Positions 1-8,583 of a stretch of 64,000 nucleotides of DNA are shown piece by piece. Source of the DNA: an uncultured Ruminococcus sp. (GTDB taxonomy: Bacteria; Bacillota; Clostridia; Oscillospirales; CAG-272); assembly GCA_905202255.1 (NCBI GenBank), contig CAJKRH010000001.1:18940-82939 (forward strand), read 5' to 3'. Positions within the stretch are counted from its first letter, which is position 1. Every line of letters starts with the position of its first letter. The notes under the pieces were generated by a model. The model searched no databases and was not told where the DNA came from. It saw only the letters and a list, made by a program, of their open reading frames with translations. The position numbers and the translations under genes were made by a program.

Positions 1-1
1 G

Positions 2-613
2 GGGATTTTATCTTCCGTATACTGGAAACCGACGATAGTCTGGTATATTGACAAGGTAAGAGTAATGAATCCTATCCGCATGGAGGTAAAGGGTATCCGA
101 ACCATAAAATATAACGGAGAGGGTAGCGGAGTCGACCGTTCATATTACACTTATCTTAAAGATTGCCGATATCAGGTCAGCGCTCATTTTGAATGGAACG
201 AAAACCGCCCCGAGCTTATAGGCGACCGCAATGAAAACAAGCATCATGAAATAGCGAAGCGGATGATTGAAAAAGGAGGCAGGCGCGACATCTTCCTCGG
301 CACAAGAGAATGTCAGGGCTATGTCGAGCCCTGTATATTCGGAGATGGGGAGGGCGCATATGACGAAACATCCCTGATATCATTCGGTCATATGTATCAC
401 GGGATTACATATCCGGATGAAGCATTCTCAAACGAAACAAAAGGAAAGATGACGCTCAATTTCTGGTATCCGGAGATGAGAAACGGAATAATCATTTTCC
501 CGAAACCGCAGGACTGCCCGAACCATAAGCCGCTCCACGAAATGAAAATGAAGATATTCGCCGATAATAGCGGAAACTTTACGGGACTCAGGGAATTTGG
601 GGAGGTGCACTGA
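2..613 (+). CDS. cas5: Cas5 (type I-C, Cas5d), N-terminus outside window
   Basis: Frame 2 is open from the window edge: GILSSVYWKPTIVWYIDKVRV precedes tracked ORF 65..613. The pattern is Cas5d-like, and the gene sits directly upstream of cas8c-cas7-cas4-cas1-cas2. Confidence 0.85.
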   Translation, partial: GILSSVYWKPTIVWYIDKVRVMNPIRMEVKGIRTIKYNGEGSGVDRSYYTYLKDCRYQVSAHFEWNENRPELIGDRNENKHHEIAKRMIEKGGRRDIFLGTRECQGYVEPCIFGDGEGAYDETSLISFGHMYHGITYPDEAFSNETKGKMTLNFWYPEMRNGIIIFPKPQDCPNHKPLHEMKMKIFADNSGNFTGLREFGEVH

Positions 614-2466
614 TGGGACTTTTTCAAAAAGCAGTTGAAACATATGACAATACGAAAAGCCTCGCGGGAGTGGAATCCGAAGAAAGAAAAGCCGCACTTG
701 CTCCCATAGGGTTTATTACAACCGGCGTTCAGATAGAAATAACCGTGACGGAAGACGGAGAATTCAGGGGAGCCGAACAGATTTTTGATATTTCCGAAGA
801 CAGCAAAGGAAAAGCTCAAAAGTCGGAAAAGAAAATAATAATCCCCGCCACTCAAAAGTCGGCAGGGCGCTCAAGTACCTCGGCAAAAACTTCTCCTCAT
901 CCGCTCTGCGACAAACTGATGTTTATGTGTCCAGAAAACAAAGAAAGCTATGATGCCTATCTTAAGCAGCTGCAGGATTGGTGCGATTCCGAGTTTGCCT
1001 GCCCTAAAATAAAAGCAATTCTCAAATATGTAAAAAAGGGGACGATACTGACAGATATTGCATCAGTCGGAAAAGTAAAAGACGACGATTTCGTGTGTTG
1101 GAGAGTGTTATCGACCGATTGCGCAGAGCCGGAGGAAGTCTGGAAAAGTCCCTCGGTGATAGACTCATATGTAAACTATTGCCAAAGTAAAACAGACACA
1201 TCTTCAGAAAGAGCACTTTGTTATGTCTCCGGTGAAATCACAACGCCGGCACAACTACACCTTAAAGGAGTCGTATCATTTGCCGGAAATGCAAAACTGA
1301 TATCCTCAAATGATGCCACCAACTTCACTTATAAAGGAAGATTTTCAGACGACTCCGAGGCACTGACAGTGAGCTTCATCTCCTCGCAGAAAGCACATAA
1401 TGCCTTGAAATGGGTCGTTTCAAACGACGGATTCCGATGTGGTGACAGGATGTTTGTATGTTGGAATCCGAAAGGCAAAAAAACGAAAAATCCGGTTGCT
1501 TCATTTTTCCCTGAATATTCAGAGGAAGAAGAAAATCCGACACCCACAAATTATCGTGAAATTCTTGCCAAAACCGTCCTCGGATACAAAAATAATTTTA
1601 AACCGGAGGACGAAACGGTAACTGCGGTATTTGAAGCAGCCTCAAAGGGACGGCTTTCTGTTTGCTATTACAGCGAGATGAAAGCGGAAGATTTTTTGGA
1701 GCGGCTTCGCTTCTGGGACGAAACGACCGCGTGGCTCTATCGGAAGCGCGGAGTTACAACGGTCTTGGTTAAATCTCCGGATTTGAAAAGTATCATCGAT
1801 GCGGCTTACGGTGTACCGCGGACAATCGGCGAAAATCAAACGGTGGAAACAGACGAAAAGGTTCTCGCGATAGCGATGCAGAGACTTTTGCTTTGCAGAT
1901 TGGAGAGGGCGCCTTTCCCTGCGGATATTATGCGCTCCGCCGTTCAGAAGTGTTCATCGCTTCAGCTTTATGACAAACTAAATCGTGAAAAACAGCTTTT
2001 TACAACTTGTGCAATTATAAAAAAATACATATACGACAGATTTAAGGAGGAATGGAATATGGCACTGGAACCCGAAAAGAAGAACAGAAGTTATCAGTTC
2101 GGACGCCTGCTTGCCGTTCTGGAAAAGGCAGAACGGGGCGCATTTGATAATAGCGAAAAGCGGGAGCCGAACGCAATACGGATGTGGTCACTGTTTGTCA
2201 AGCGTCCCTTGTATGCGACAACAGTAATCATCGAACAGCTCAAAAACGCTTACTACCCTCGTTTGGAGCCTGGAAAACGAGGCTACTATGACAAGCTAAT
2301 CGAAGGAATTATGCGTGTAATCTCGGAATTTCCCGAGAACGAAATCGGCAAACCGCTTGGAGAAGAGTATCTTATGGGATATTATTTACAAAAAGATGCT
2401 TTATGCCAAAAGAAAAACAATGATAATGATAATGATAATAATGAATCGGAGGATGAAGAACAATGA
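613..2466 (+). CDS. cas8c: Cas8c (Csd1) large subunit, type I-C
   Basis: 617-aa ORF between cas5 and cas7 in the canonical I-C order. TGATG stop/start overlap with cas5. Size and position fit Csd1. Confidence 0.8.
   Translation: MGLFQKAVETYDNTKSLAGVESEERKAALAPIGFITTGVQIEITVTEDGEFRGAEQIFDISEDSKGKAQKSEKKIIIPATQKSAGRSSTSAKTSPHPLCDKLMFMCPENKESYDAYLKQLQDWCDSEFACPKIKAILKYVKKGTILTDIASVGKVKDDDFVCWRVLSTDCAEPEEVWKSPSVIDSYVNYCQSKTDTSSERALCYVSGEITTPAQLHLKGVVSFAGNAKLISSNDATNFTYKGRFSDDSEALTVSFISSQKAHNALKWVVSNDGFRCGDRMFVCWNPKGKKTKNPVASFFPEYSEEEENPTPTNYREILAKTVLGYKNNFKPEDETVTAVFEAASKGRLSVCYYSEMKAEDFLERLRFWDETTAWLYRKRGVTTVLVKSPDLKSIIDAAYGVPRTIGENQTVETDEKVLAIAMQRLLLCRLERAPFPADIMRSAVQKCSSLQLYDKLNREKQLFTTCAIIKKYIYDRFKEEWNMALEPEKKNRSYQFGRLLAVLEKAERGAFDNSEKREPNAIRMWSLFVKRPLYATTVIIEQLKNAYYPRLEPGKRGYYDKLIEGIMRVISEFPENEIGKPLGEEYLMGYYLQKDALCQKKNNDNDNDNNESEDEEQ
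2059..2466 (+). CDS. cas11: Candidate internally translated Cas11c small subunit (in frame within cas8c)
   Basis: An AAGGAGG at 2044..2050 is followed 8 nt later by an in-frame ATG at 2059 (MALEPEKKNRSYQFGRLL...), giving 135 aa. Internal initiation of a small subunit inside cas8c has been reported for type I-C systems. Confidence 0.5.
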   Translation: MALEPEKKNRSYQFGRLLAVLEKAERGAFDNSEKREPNAIRMWSLFVKRPLYATTVIIEQLKNAYYPRLEPGKRGYYDKLIEGIMRVISEFPENEIGKPLGEEYLMGYYLQKDALCQKKNNDNDNDNNESEDEEQ

Positions 2467-3359
2467 GTACAACACTTGCAAACAAAATTGATTTTGAAGC
2501 TATTATATCGGTGACAAATGCAAACCCCAACGGAGACCCGCTCGGCGGAAACAGACCGCGCACGGATTATGACGGCTTCGGCGAAATTTCCGATGTGTGC
2601 ATTAAAAGAAAAATCCGCAATCGTATGCAGGACAGCGGACATGCCATATTTGTTTATGACGACGGAAAAAACAGCCTTAAAGACAGAGCAAAAAGTATAG
2701 GTTTAGAGAAAATCACGGATGTGAAAGAGTATCATGATATCGCCTGTGATACATGGCTTGATGTGAGAACATTCGGGCAAGTATTCGCATTTGGAAACAA
2801 GAACTCCGATAAAGAGAAAAGTTCCGATAAAGAGAAAAAATCCAAAAAAAGCAAAGAATTCGCATGCTCTTCCGTCGGCGTGCGCGGTCCCGTTTCAATT
2901 CATCTCGCCAAGAGCGCGAACCCTGTCGATATTCAGTCAATGCAGATAACAAAGAGTGTCAGCGGAGATAAAGAAGACGGCAAAGAACGCGGAAGCGATA
3001 CGATGGGAATGAAGCATTTTGTCAGATTCGGGCTTTATATAATCAAAGGCTCCATCAATGTACAGCTTGCGGAAAAGACAGGCTTTACCGAAGAAGATGC
3101 CGAAACATTAAAGGAATGCCTGCGCACACTTTTCGTAAACGATTCATCTGCCGCTCGCCCCGATGGCTCCATGGAAGTGGTAAAGCTTTACTGGTGGAAG
3201 CATAACTGCAAGGATGGGCAGTATCCTTCGGCAAAGGTGCATCGCCTTGTAAATGTTTCTCTTAATAATGGAATCGCGGAGCCGACTTCAGCGGCCGATT
3301 ATGTAATTAAGCTTGACAGCCTTGACGGGCTCGCCTGTGAAGAAATCGACGGCATATGA
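2463..3359 (+). CDS. cas7: Cas7 (Csd2), type I-C backbone subunit
   Basis: 298 aa starting ...VTNANPNGDPLGGNRPR, the hallmark Csd2 N-terminus. ATGA overlap with cas8c. Confidence 0.85.
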   Translation: MSTTLANKIDFEAIISVTNANPNGDPLGGNRPRTDYDGFGEISDVCIKRKIRNRMQDSGHAIFVYDDGKNSLKDRAKSIGLEKITDVKEYHDIACDTWLDVRTFGQVFAFGNKNSDKEKSSDKEKKSKKSKEFACSSVGVRGPVSIHLAKSANPVDIQSMQITKSVSGDKEDGKERGSDTMGMKHFVRFGLYIIKGSINVQLAEKTGFTEEDAETLKECLRTLFVNDSSAARPDGSMEVVKLYWWKHNCKDGQYPSAKVHRLVNVSLNNGIAEPTSAADYVIKLDSLDGLACEEIDGI

Positions 3360-4093
3360 TTATTGAGGATAAAGAATACCTTCTGATATCGGGACTTCAG
3401 CATTTTTCCTTTTGCCGCAGGCAGTGGGCGCTTATTCATGTAGAACAGCAGTGGGTCGAAAACGGGCTGACTGCAGAGGGAAGAATTATTCACAATCGGG
3501 TTCATGATGCTTCTCTTGCGGATATCCGCGGCGGAATAATCACAATGCGTGATATGCCGGTGAAATCCGAGCGGCTCGGAATCAGCGGTTGCTGTGATGC
3601 CGTAGAGTTTTTTCGGAGTGATGACGGAATAACTCTCCATGGCAGGCAAGGACTATGGGGTATTTGTCCGGTCGAATATAAGCATGGACATCAGAAAAGC
3701 GATAACTGCGACAGATTGCAGGTGACCGCTCAGGCAATGTGCCTTGAGGAGATGTTTTTATGTAAAATAGATGAGGGAGCCATATTCTATCACGAAACAA
3801 GAAAAAAAGAAAAATTTTGTTTAACAGATGAGCTTCGTGAAACCGTGCGGTTGTCATTTGCGGAAATGCACAGTATGTTCAGTCGGGGTTACACGCCGAC
3901 TGTCAAAAAACACCGAGGCTGTAGCAGTTGCTCATTGAAAGAAATATGTCTTCCGTCGCTTCAGCAGGGGAAAGGCTTTGTTTCGGCAAAAGATTATTTG
4001 CGATTGACACTTGACGAGGAGAAAAAGTATGAAGAAACTTTTAAATACTCTTTACATTACAACCGAGGACGCATATCTTTCATTAAACGGTGA
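3356..4093 (+). CDS. cas4: Cas4 RecB-like exonuclease
   Basis: 245 aa with an N-terminal Cys (FSFCRRQW) and a C-terminal CSSCSLKEIC cluster typical of Cas4 Fe-S nucleases. Located between cas7 and cas1. Confidence 0.85.
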   Translation: MIIEDKEYLLISGLQHFSFCRRQWALIHVEQQWVENGLTAEGRIIHNRVHDASLADIRGGIITMRDMPVKSERLGISGCCDAVEFFRSDDGITLHGRQGLWGICPVEYKHGHQKSDNCDRLQVTAQAMCLEEMFLCKIDEGAIFYHETRKKEKFCLTDELRETVRLSFAEMHSMFSRGYTPTVKKHRGCSSCSLKEICLPSLQQGKGFVSAKDYLRLTLDEEKKYEETFKYSLHYNRGRISFIKR

Positions 4094-5060
4094 AGCTGTC
4101 GATGTAATTTTCGGAGATGATACGCATAAGCAAATCCCACTGCACACATTAAACGGAATCGTCTCATTCTCATATAAAGGTGCTTCGCCTGCCTTAATGG
4201 GAAAATGCGCCGAAGCGGGAATTCTGATTTCATTTTTTACTCCATACGGAAAGTATCTATGCGATACGGGAAGCTGTACAAGCGGGAATGTTTATCTCAG
4301 GAGAACGCAGTTCAGGTGGGCAGATGACGAGGCAAAGAGACTTTCCATTGTAAAAAATATGATAATCGGCAAGCTGTATAACTCAAAATATCTGATTTTG
4401 CATTATATGCGTGACCATCCGCTACAGACCGACTGCGAGAAAATTCGTCTTGCCGCCGACAGAATCGGCACATACCTTGAGGCAATCAAAGCCGCCGATG
4501 ACAGCGATTCAATCAGGGGAATCGAAGGTAATGCCGCCGCTGAATATTTCGGTGTGTTCAATGAGCTTATCCTGCAGAACAAGAATGTTTTTTCGTTTGA
4601 CAGGCGCTCGCGCAGACCCCCGACCGACCCTGTAAATTGTCTGCTCTCGTTTGCATATTCTCTTTTGACAAACGAATGCTCCGCGGGTTTAAGAAGTGTG
4701 GGACTTGATCCGTTTGTGGGACTAATGCATACAGACAGACCCGGACGGTGTTCTCTTTCGCTTGATATGATGGAGGAGCTGCGACCGGTTTTTGCTGACA
4801 GATTTGTTCTCACTCTTATCAATAATCGGATTGTAAACGAAAAAAGCTTTACATATATGGATAACGGCGCAGTAATATTGAATGATGACGCAAGGAAACG
4901 ATTCATTTACGAATGGCAAGCAAAGAAAAGAGAGGAAGTTATCCATCCCTTTTTAAAGGAGAAAATTCAATGGGGGCTTGTTCCGTATGTTCAGGCATTG
5001 CTTATTTCAAGACTTATGAGAGGAGACTTGGACGGCTATCCGCCGTTTTTGAAAAAATAA
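4029..5060 (+). CDS. cas1: Cas1 integrase
   Basis: MKKLLNTLYITTEDAYLSLNGE... is a Cas1-like N-terminus. GAGGAG lies 7 nt upstream of ATG 4029. The tracked TTG at 4011 is a less likely start. Confidence 0.9.
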   Translation: MKKLLNTLYITTEDAYLSLNGEAVDVIFGDDTHKQIPLHTLNGIVSFSYKGASPALMGKCAEAGILISFFTPYGKYLCDTGSCTSGNVYLRRTQFRWADDEAKRLSIVKNMIIGKLYNSKYLILHYMRDHPLQTDCEKIRLAADRIGTYLEAIKAADDSDSIRGIEGNAAAEYFGVFNELILQNKNVFSFDRRSRRPPTDPVNCLLSFAYSLLTNECSAGLRSVGLDPFVGLMHTDRPGRCSLSLDMMEELRPVFADRFVLTLINNRIVNEKSFTYMDNGAVILNDDARKRFIYEWQAKKREEVIHPFLKEKIQWGLVPYVQALLISRLMRGDLDGYPPFLKK

Positions 5061-5350
5061 TGCTTATATTGATAACCTATGATGTTAACACCGAAACAGT
5101 GGCAGGGAAAAAGCGACTATCCAAGATTGCAAAAATCTGTTGCAATTATGGTCAGCGTGTACAAAATTCTGTTTTTGAATGTGATTTGGATGCATCGCAA
5201 ATGGTAATTGTAAAAAATCAGCTTTTGAGCGTTATGGACGGAGAAACGGACAGCATACGAATCTATAATCTCGGAAAGAAGTATTCTTCAAAAATCGAAC
5301 AGTATGGGAATAAAGAATCATATGACCCGGAGGGAAGTCTGATTCTGTAA
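5060..5350 (+). CDS. cas2: Cas2
   Basis: MLILITYDVNTETVAGKKRLSKIAKICCNYGQRVQNSVFEC is the classic Cas2 N-terminus. 96 aa. The start overlaps the cas1 stop, and the part of tracked ORF 4913..5350 upstream of 5060 overlaps cas1. Confidence 0.9.
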   Translation: MLILITYDVNTETVAGKKRLSKIAKICCNYGQRVQNSVFECDLDASQMVIVKNQLLSVMDGETDSIRIYNLGKKYSSKIEQYGNKESYDPEGSLIL

Positions 5351-5513
5351 CGGTGCGAAGCCGATGCTGCTTGAAAAATAAGCATAGGTTCGCACCCAAA
5401 AAAACACAGAAAAATCAGATATAAACTCAAAATAAAATCGGATTTAATTATCCGATTAGTAAAAAAGTAATGCAAAACAAGTTACAATACCTTAAAAATT
5501 GTACAGTTTTGCT
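5351..5513 (+). promoter_or_regulatory. CRISPR leader (AT-rich)
   Basis: AT-rich non-coding stretch between cas2 and the first repeat. The degenerate repeat is at the far end of the array, consistent with this side being the leader. Confidence 0.5.
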
Positions 5514-6162
5514 GTCATCCCCCGCATAGGGGGATGTGGATTGAAATATTTGCTGTATCCCTTGGATTTACTGCAGATGAAGTCATCCCCCGCATAGGGG
5601 GATGTGGATTGAAATATTGCTAAATGCATCCTTATAGGCTACTATATCTGTCATCCCCCGCATAGGGGGATGTGGATTGAAATATCCCAGTATTATACAG
5701 CTCACGTGCCCTACCATGTCATCCCCCGCATAGGGGGATGTGGATTGAAATACTTTTCCCACAGCCTTTGACTCGTGCGGCCGGCGTCATCCCCCGCATA
5801 GGGGGATGTGGATTGAAATGATGCTCTGATTGTCCCTTGCGCGACAAGTGCGAGTCATCCCCCGCATAGGGGGATGTGGATTGAAATGTCAATGATGTAG
5901 TATATGACCCAAATGATTACAGGTCATCCCCCGCATAGGGGGATGTGGATTGAAATATATTGCCTCCTACACATCTTTACACAATTTCCTGTCATCCCCC
6001 GCATAGGGGGATGTGGATTGAAATCACATCTCAAATGGGTACATATGACCATCCTATCGTCATCCCCCGCATAGGGGGATGTGGATTGAAATAGCGGCTG
6101 TCCCTTTGCCGTAAGGTTAAAGCGGTGTCATCCCCCACGCATAGGGGGATGTGGATTGAAAT
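5514..6162 (+). CRISPR. CRISPR array, 10 repeats and 9 spacers, type I-C-like repeat
   Basis: The repeat GTCATCCCCCGCATAGGGGGATGTGGATTGAAAT (34 nt) starts at 5514, 5582, 5650, 5718, 5786, 5854, 5923, 5991, 6059 and 6127. Spacers are 34-35 nt. The last repeat carries a 2-nt AC insertion (36 nt). The 3' ATTGAAAT tail resembles the I-C handle. Confidence 0.97.
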
Positions 6163-6396
6163 CTGATATGTAGCGAGCAGATAAGTCTAAATACAAATTA
6201 TCCCCATCATATCTGCAATATGCAATAGTGAACAAAAATTGGCAATAAAATCCACAACTTAGATTCATCAGCACTATTTTTTACTATAATAAGCCCAAAC
6301 AAGTCATCCACATCGTGCATAACTTGCTTATTTCTTTCCTTTTGCCTTTCATTATCACAAAATATCGTAAAAAATACATTATTTTTTTCAAAACGC

Positions 6397-6427
6397 TTGA
6401 CAATTACCCTATGTAACAATGTATAAT
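6397..6427 (+). promoter_or_regulatory. Candidate promoter TTGACA-19 nt-TATAAT upstream of the MerR-like gene
   Basis: TTGACA at 6397..6402 and TATAAT at 6422..6427, separated by a 19-nt spacer. This is longer than optimal, as in MerR-controlled promoters. Confidence 0.45.
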
Positions 6428-6451
6428 TGACATCGGATGGAGGTGCTTTTC

Positions 6452-7660
6452 ATGAAAATAAAAACAGCAAGTGAGCTGACAGGGCTCACAATCCGAGCAA
6501 TCCGAGTATATATTGACGAGCAGCTGATTGCTCCTCAATATACGGAAAATTATCTCGGTCGCAGATTATTCGAATTCTCACCCGAGGATATAGATAATTT
6601 GAAAAATATCGCTACTCTTCGCAAATACGGATTTGCCATCGATGAAATACGCAGTATTTTGTCCGATTCTCAAAACAGTATTTCAATAATCGAAAATGTC
6701 AAAGCAAGAACGCAAAGCAAAATGGACGAATATCGTGAACGGCTGAACGCGCTTTCGCTAATAGAGGATAAGAAGGCTTATTCTTTCTGCGAGCTTTCCG
6801 ATGCTTTATCACAAAGCGAAACAAAACTCGAAATGCCTGCCGAGCACACGCACAAAAACTACAGAAAAATTATAGGAAAAACTATAAAAGGCATTGCTGT
6901 CTTTGCTGCGGTGTGGCTTCCTTTTGTTTTGGCATTAAAAGGATTGCTCAGCAATATAAATGAATATTCTTATCCCAAAATCGATTCATTTTTTGTGGTT
7001 TTAACTGTACTTTCGTTGATGCCGTCCGTTGCCGTTCTTGTCATTACAAAGATAAAGCCGAATGTAAAGCGGGCAATAAAACTGATACTCATTTTCATGT
7101 GTATATTATCAATGCCTATAAGTTTTATTGCACCGTTTGGAATTGTCACCGATTCCGAAACCACGGATTTTCGCGACTACAGAGACCTTGACCCTGGCTG
7201 TCTTGCAAACAGAAGTACACTTTTCGGCGAATTATTTCCCACATGGCCGCATTACTTTGAAAATGTGCGGGATGATGACGGAAATATTCATACAGTATAT
7301 CTTGATGCGAAATATTACTATCACTTCACCGAGAGCTTTGACTCAGCATTTGATATCTATGCAGAATGGCCTTTACAAGATGAAAAATTCACTCTGGAAT
7401 TACAGCGCGTGGAAAAAATATTCGAAGAAGTCGAAAAGTCGGTTGAAAATTCAAGACACTATAAATTTGTAAAAATGAAGCATGGCGAATTTTCATGTTA
7501 CATATTATATGACGGAGAAAAACCGTTTCAGGCTGAATCCGACAGCTATGATTATATCATTTTCGCCTGCAACGAGGAGAAAAATATAGTGCGATACATA
7601 TATTGCTACAGCCTCAGAAACGGAATCGACCAGCCATACTACCTGCAGCTTGATTGGTAA
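6452..7660 (+). CDS. MerR-family HTH regulator fused to a coiled coil, three predicted TM helices and an unknown C-terminal domain
   Basis: MKIKTASELTGLTIRAIRVYIDEQLI is a MerR-type HTH. Hydrophobic segments include IAVFAAVWLPFVLAL, FFVVLTVLSLMPSVAVLVI and LILIFMCILSMPISFIAPF. GGAGG precedes the ATG at 6452. Confidence 0.7.
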   Translation: MKIKTASELTGLTIRAIRVYIDEQLIAPQYTENYLGRRLFEFSPEDIDNLKNIATLRKYGFAIDEIRSILSDSQNSISIIENVKARTQSKMDEYRERLNALSLIEDKKAYSFCELSDALSQSETKLEMPAEHTHKNYRKIIGKTIKGIAVFAAVWLPFVLALKGLLSNINEYSYPKIDSFFVVLTVLSLMPSVAVLVITKIKPNVKRAIKLILIFMCILSMPISFIAPFGIVTDSETTDFRDYRDLDPGCLANRSTLFGELFPTWPHYFENVRDDDGNIHTVYLDAKYYYHFTESFDSAFDIYAEWPLQDEKFTLELQRVEKIFEEVEKSVENSRHYKFVKMKHGEFSCYILYDGEKPFQAESDSYDYIIFACNEEKNIVRYIYCYSLRNGIDQPYYLQLDW

Positions 7661-7690
7661 ATCGGATATTGCGTAGATTATACAAAAATC

Positions 7691-7724
7691 GGCAGGCTCA
7701 GATGCGTTTGCATTTGAACCTGCC
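7691..7724. terminator. Bidirectional rho-independent terminator
   Basis: GGCAGGCTCAGATGC-GTTT-GCATTTGAACCTGCC stem. It is followed by T-runs on both strands, between the convergent MerR-like and lipoprotein genes. Confidence 0.6.
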
Positions 7725-7757
7725 GCCTTTTATTCTATAGCTGCTTTTATTCTATAG

Positions 7758-8444
7758 TTATTCTATCGTTATTTTGATATAGAGATAGCTCTCTGTCTTG
7801 ACATAGTAGATTCCATCATAATACTCCGAGCCCTTGAAAAGATGCTCGTTGCGCTCCTCCACTACAGAAAATCCGAGATAATATGTTCCTGCGCCGAGCG
7901 TGTCAATATTTTCTATCGGGTAAAATCTGTCCTTGCCGTCATATTCGAGTTTATTTCCCTCGATATCATATACGGCATAAAATCTCATTCTGCTGTTGCC
8001 GACGCTCTTTATCTCGAATTTGTCGCCCGCCTTGTATTCATAGGTGGGTATTTCATCGTCATGACCGAGCATATGCTTGGTTACAAACATGGCTTCGCCA
8101 TCGGCTACAATAGCGCGCTCCGGACATATCGATTCTGATGTCTGATAAATCAGTATCTTATAGCCGGAGATTTCCTTGCCGTTTAAAAACAGCTTGTAAT
8201 ATGACTCTTCCGCATAAGGCACTTCCTTGTATTTCCATCCCGCCGATGTTGTTGTTTCGTAGGTAATTTCCGTTTCCGTGGTTGTCTCGGAGCTGCTCGT
8301 CGTCACTTCGGGCGTTATGCGCTCGGATGTGGTCTCAGACGCGGTGCTTTCCGTAGTGCCGCTTGTGTTTTCAATCTGCTTTCCGCAGGCAAAAAGGCTT
8401 ATCAGCATGATAGCGACAAGCATAAGCGATAAAATTTTTTTCAT
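7758..8444 (-). CDS. Secreted lipoprotein, Thr/Ser/Glu-rich linker, unknown function
   Basis: MKKILSLMLVAIMLISLFACGK carries a signal peptide with an LFAC lipobox. AGGAG lies upstream of ATG 8444. The tracked longer ORF has no RBS. Confidence 0.7.
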   Translation of the reverse strand: MKKILSLMLVAIMLISLFACGKQIENTSGTTESTASETTSERITPEVTTSSSETTTETEITYETTTSAGWKYKEVPYAEESYYKLFLNGKEISGYKILIYQTSESICPERAIVADGEAMFVTKHMLGHDDEIPTYEYKAGDKFEIKSVGNSRMRFYAVYDIEGNKLEYDGKDRFYPIENIDTLGAGTYYLGFSVVEERNEHLFKGSEYYDGIYYVKTESYLYIKITIE

Positions 8445-8544
8445 ATAATTCATCTCCTTTTGAAAAGTGTTTTGCGCTTTCATCAGGTATATAGAAATAA
8501 GTCTGCCTTTCGCAGAAAAAAAGTGAAAAAATTTTTTCGGGTGC

Positions 8545-8578
8545 AAAAATCAAAGGGAATCCGCACGGATTCCCTTTC
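8545..8578 (-). terminator. Rho-independent terminator after the aro operon
   Basis: On the minus strand, AGGGAATCC-GTGC-GGATTCCCT is followed by TTTGATTTTTG. Confidence 0.65.
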
Positions 8579-8583
8579 TTTGT

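Noticed and set aside
6093-6126. Possible self-targeting of spacer 9. Its last 11 nt, GTTAAAGCGGT, recur at 16677..16687.
   Set aside because: Only 11 of 34 nt match, which is within chance expectation for a 64-kb window. No other spacer match was seen by eye.
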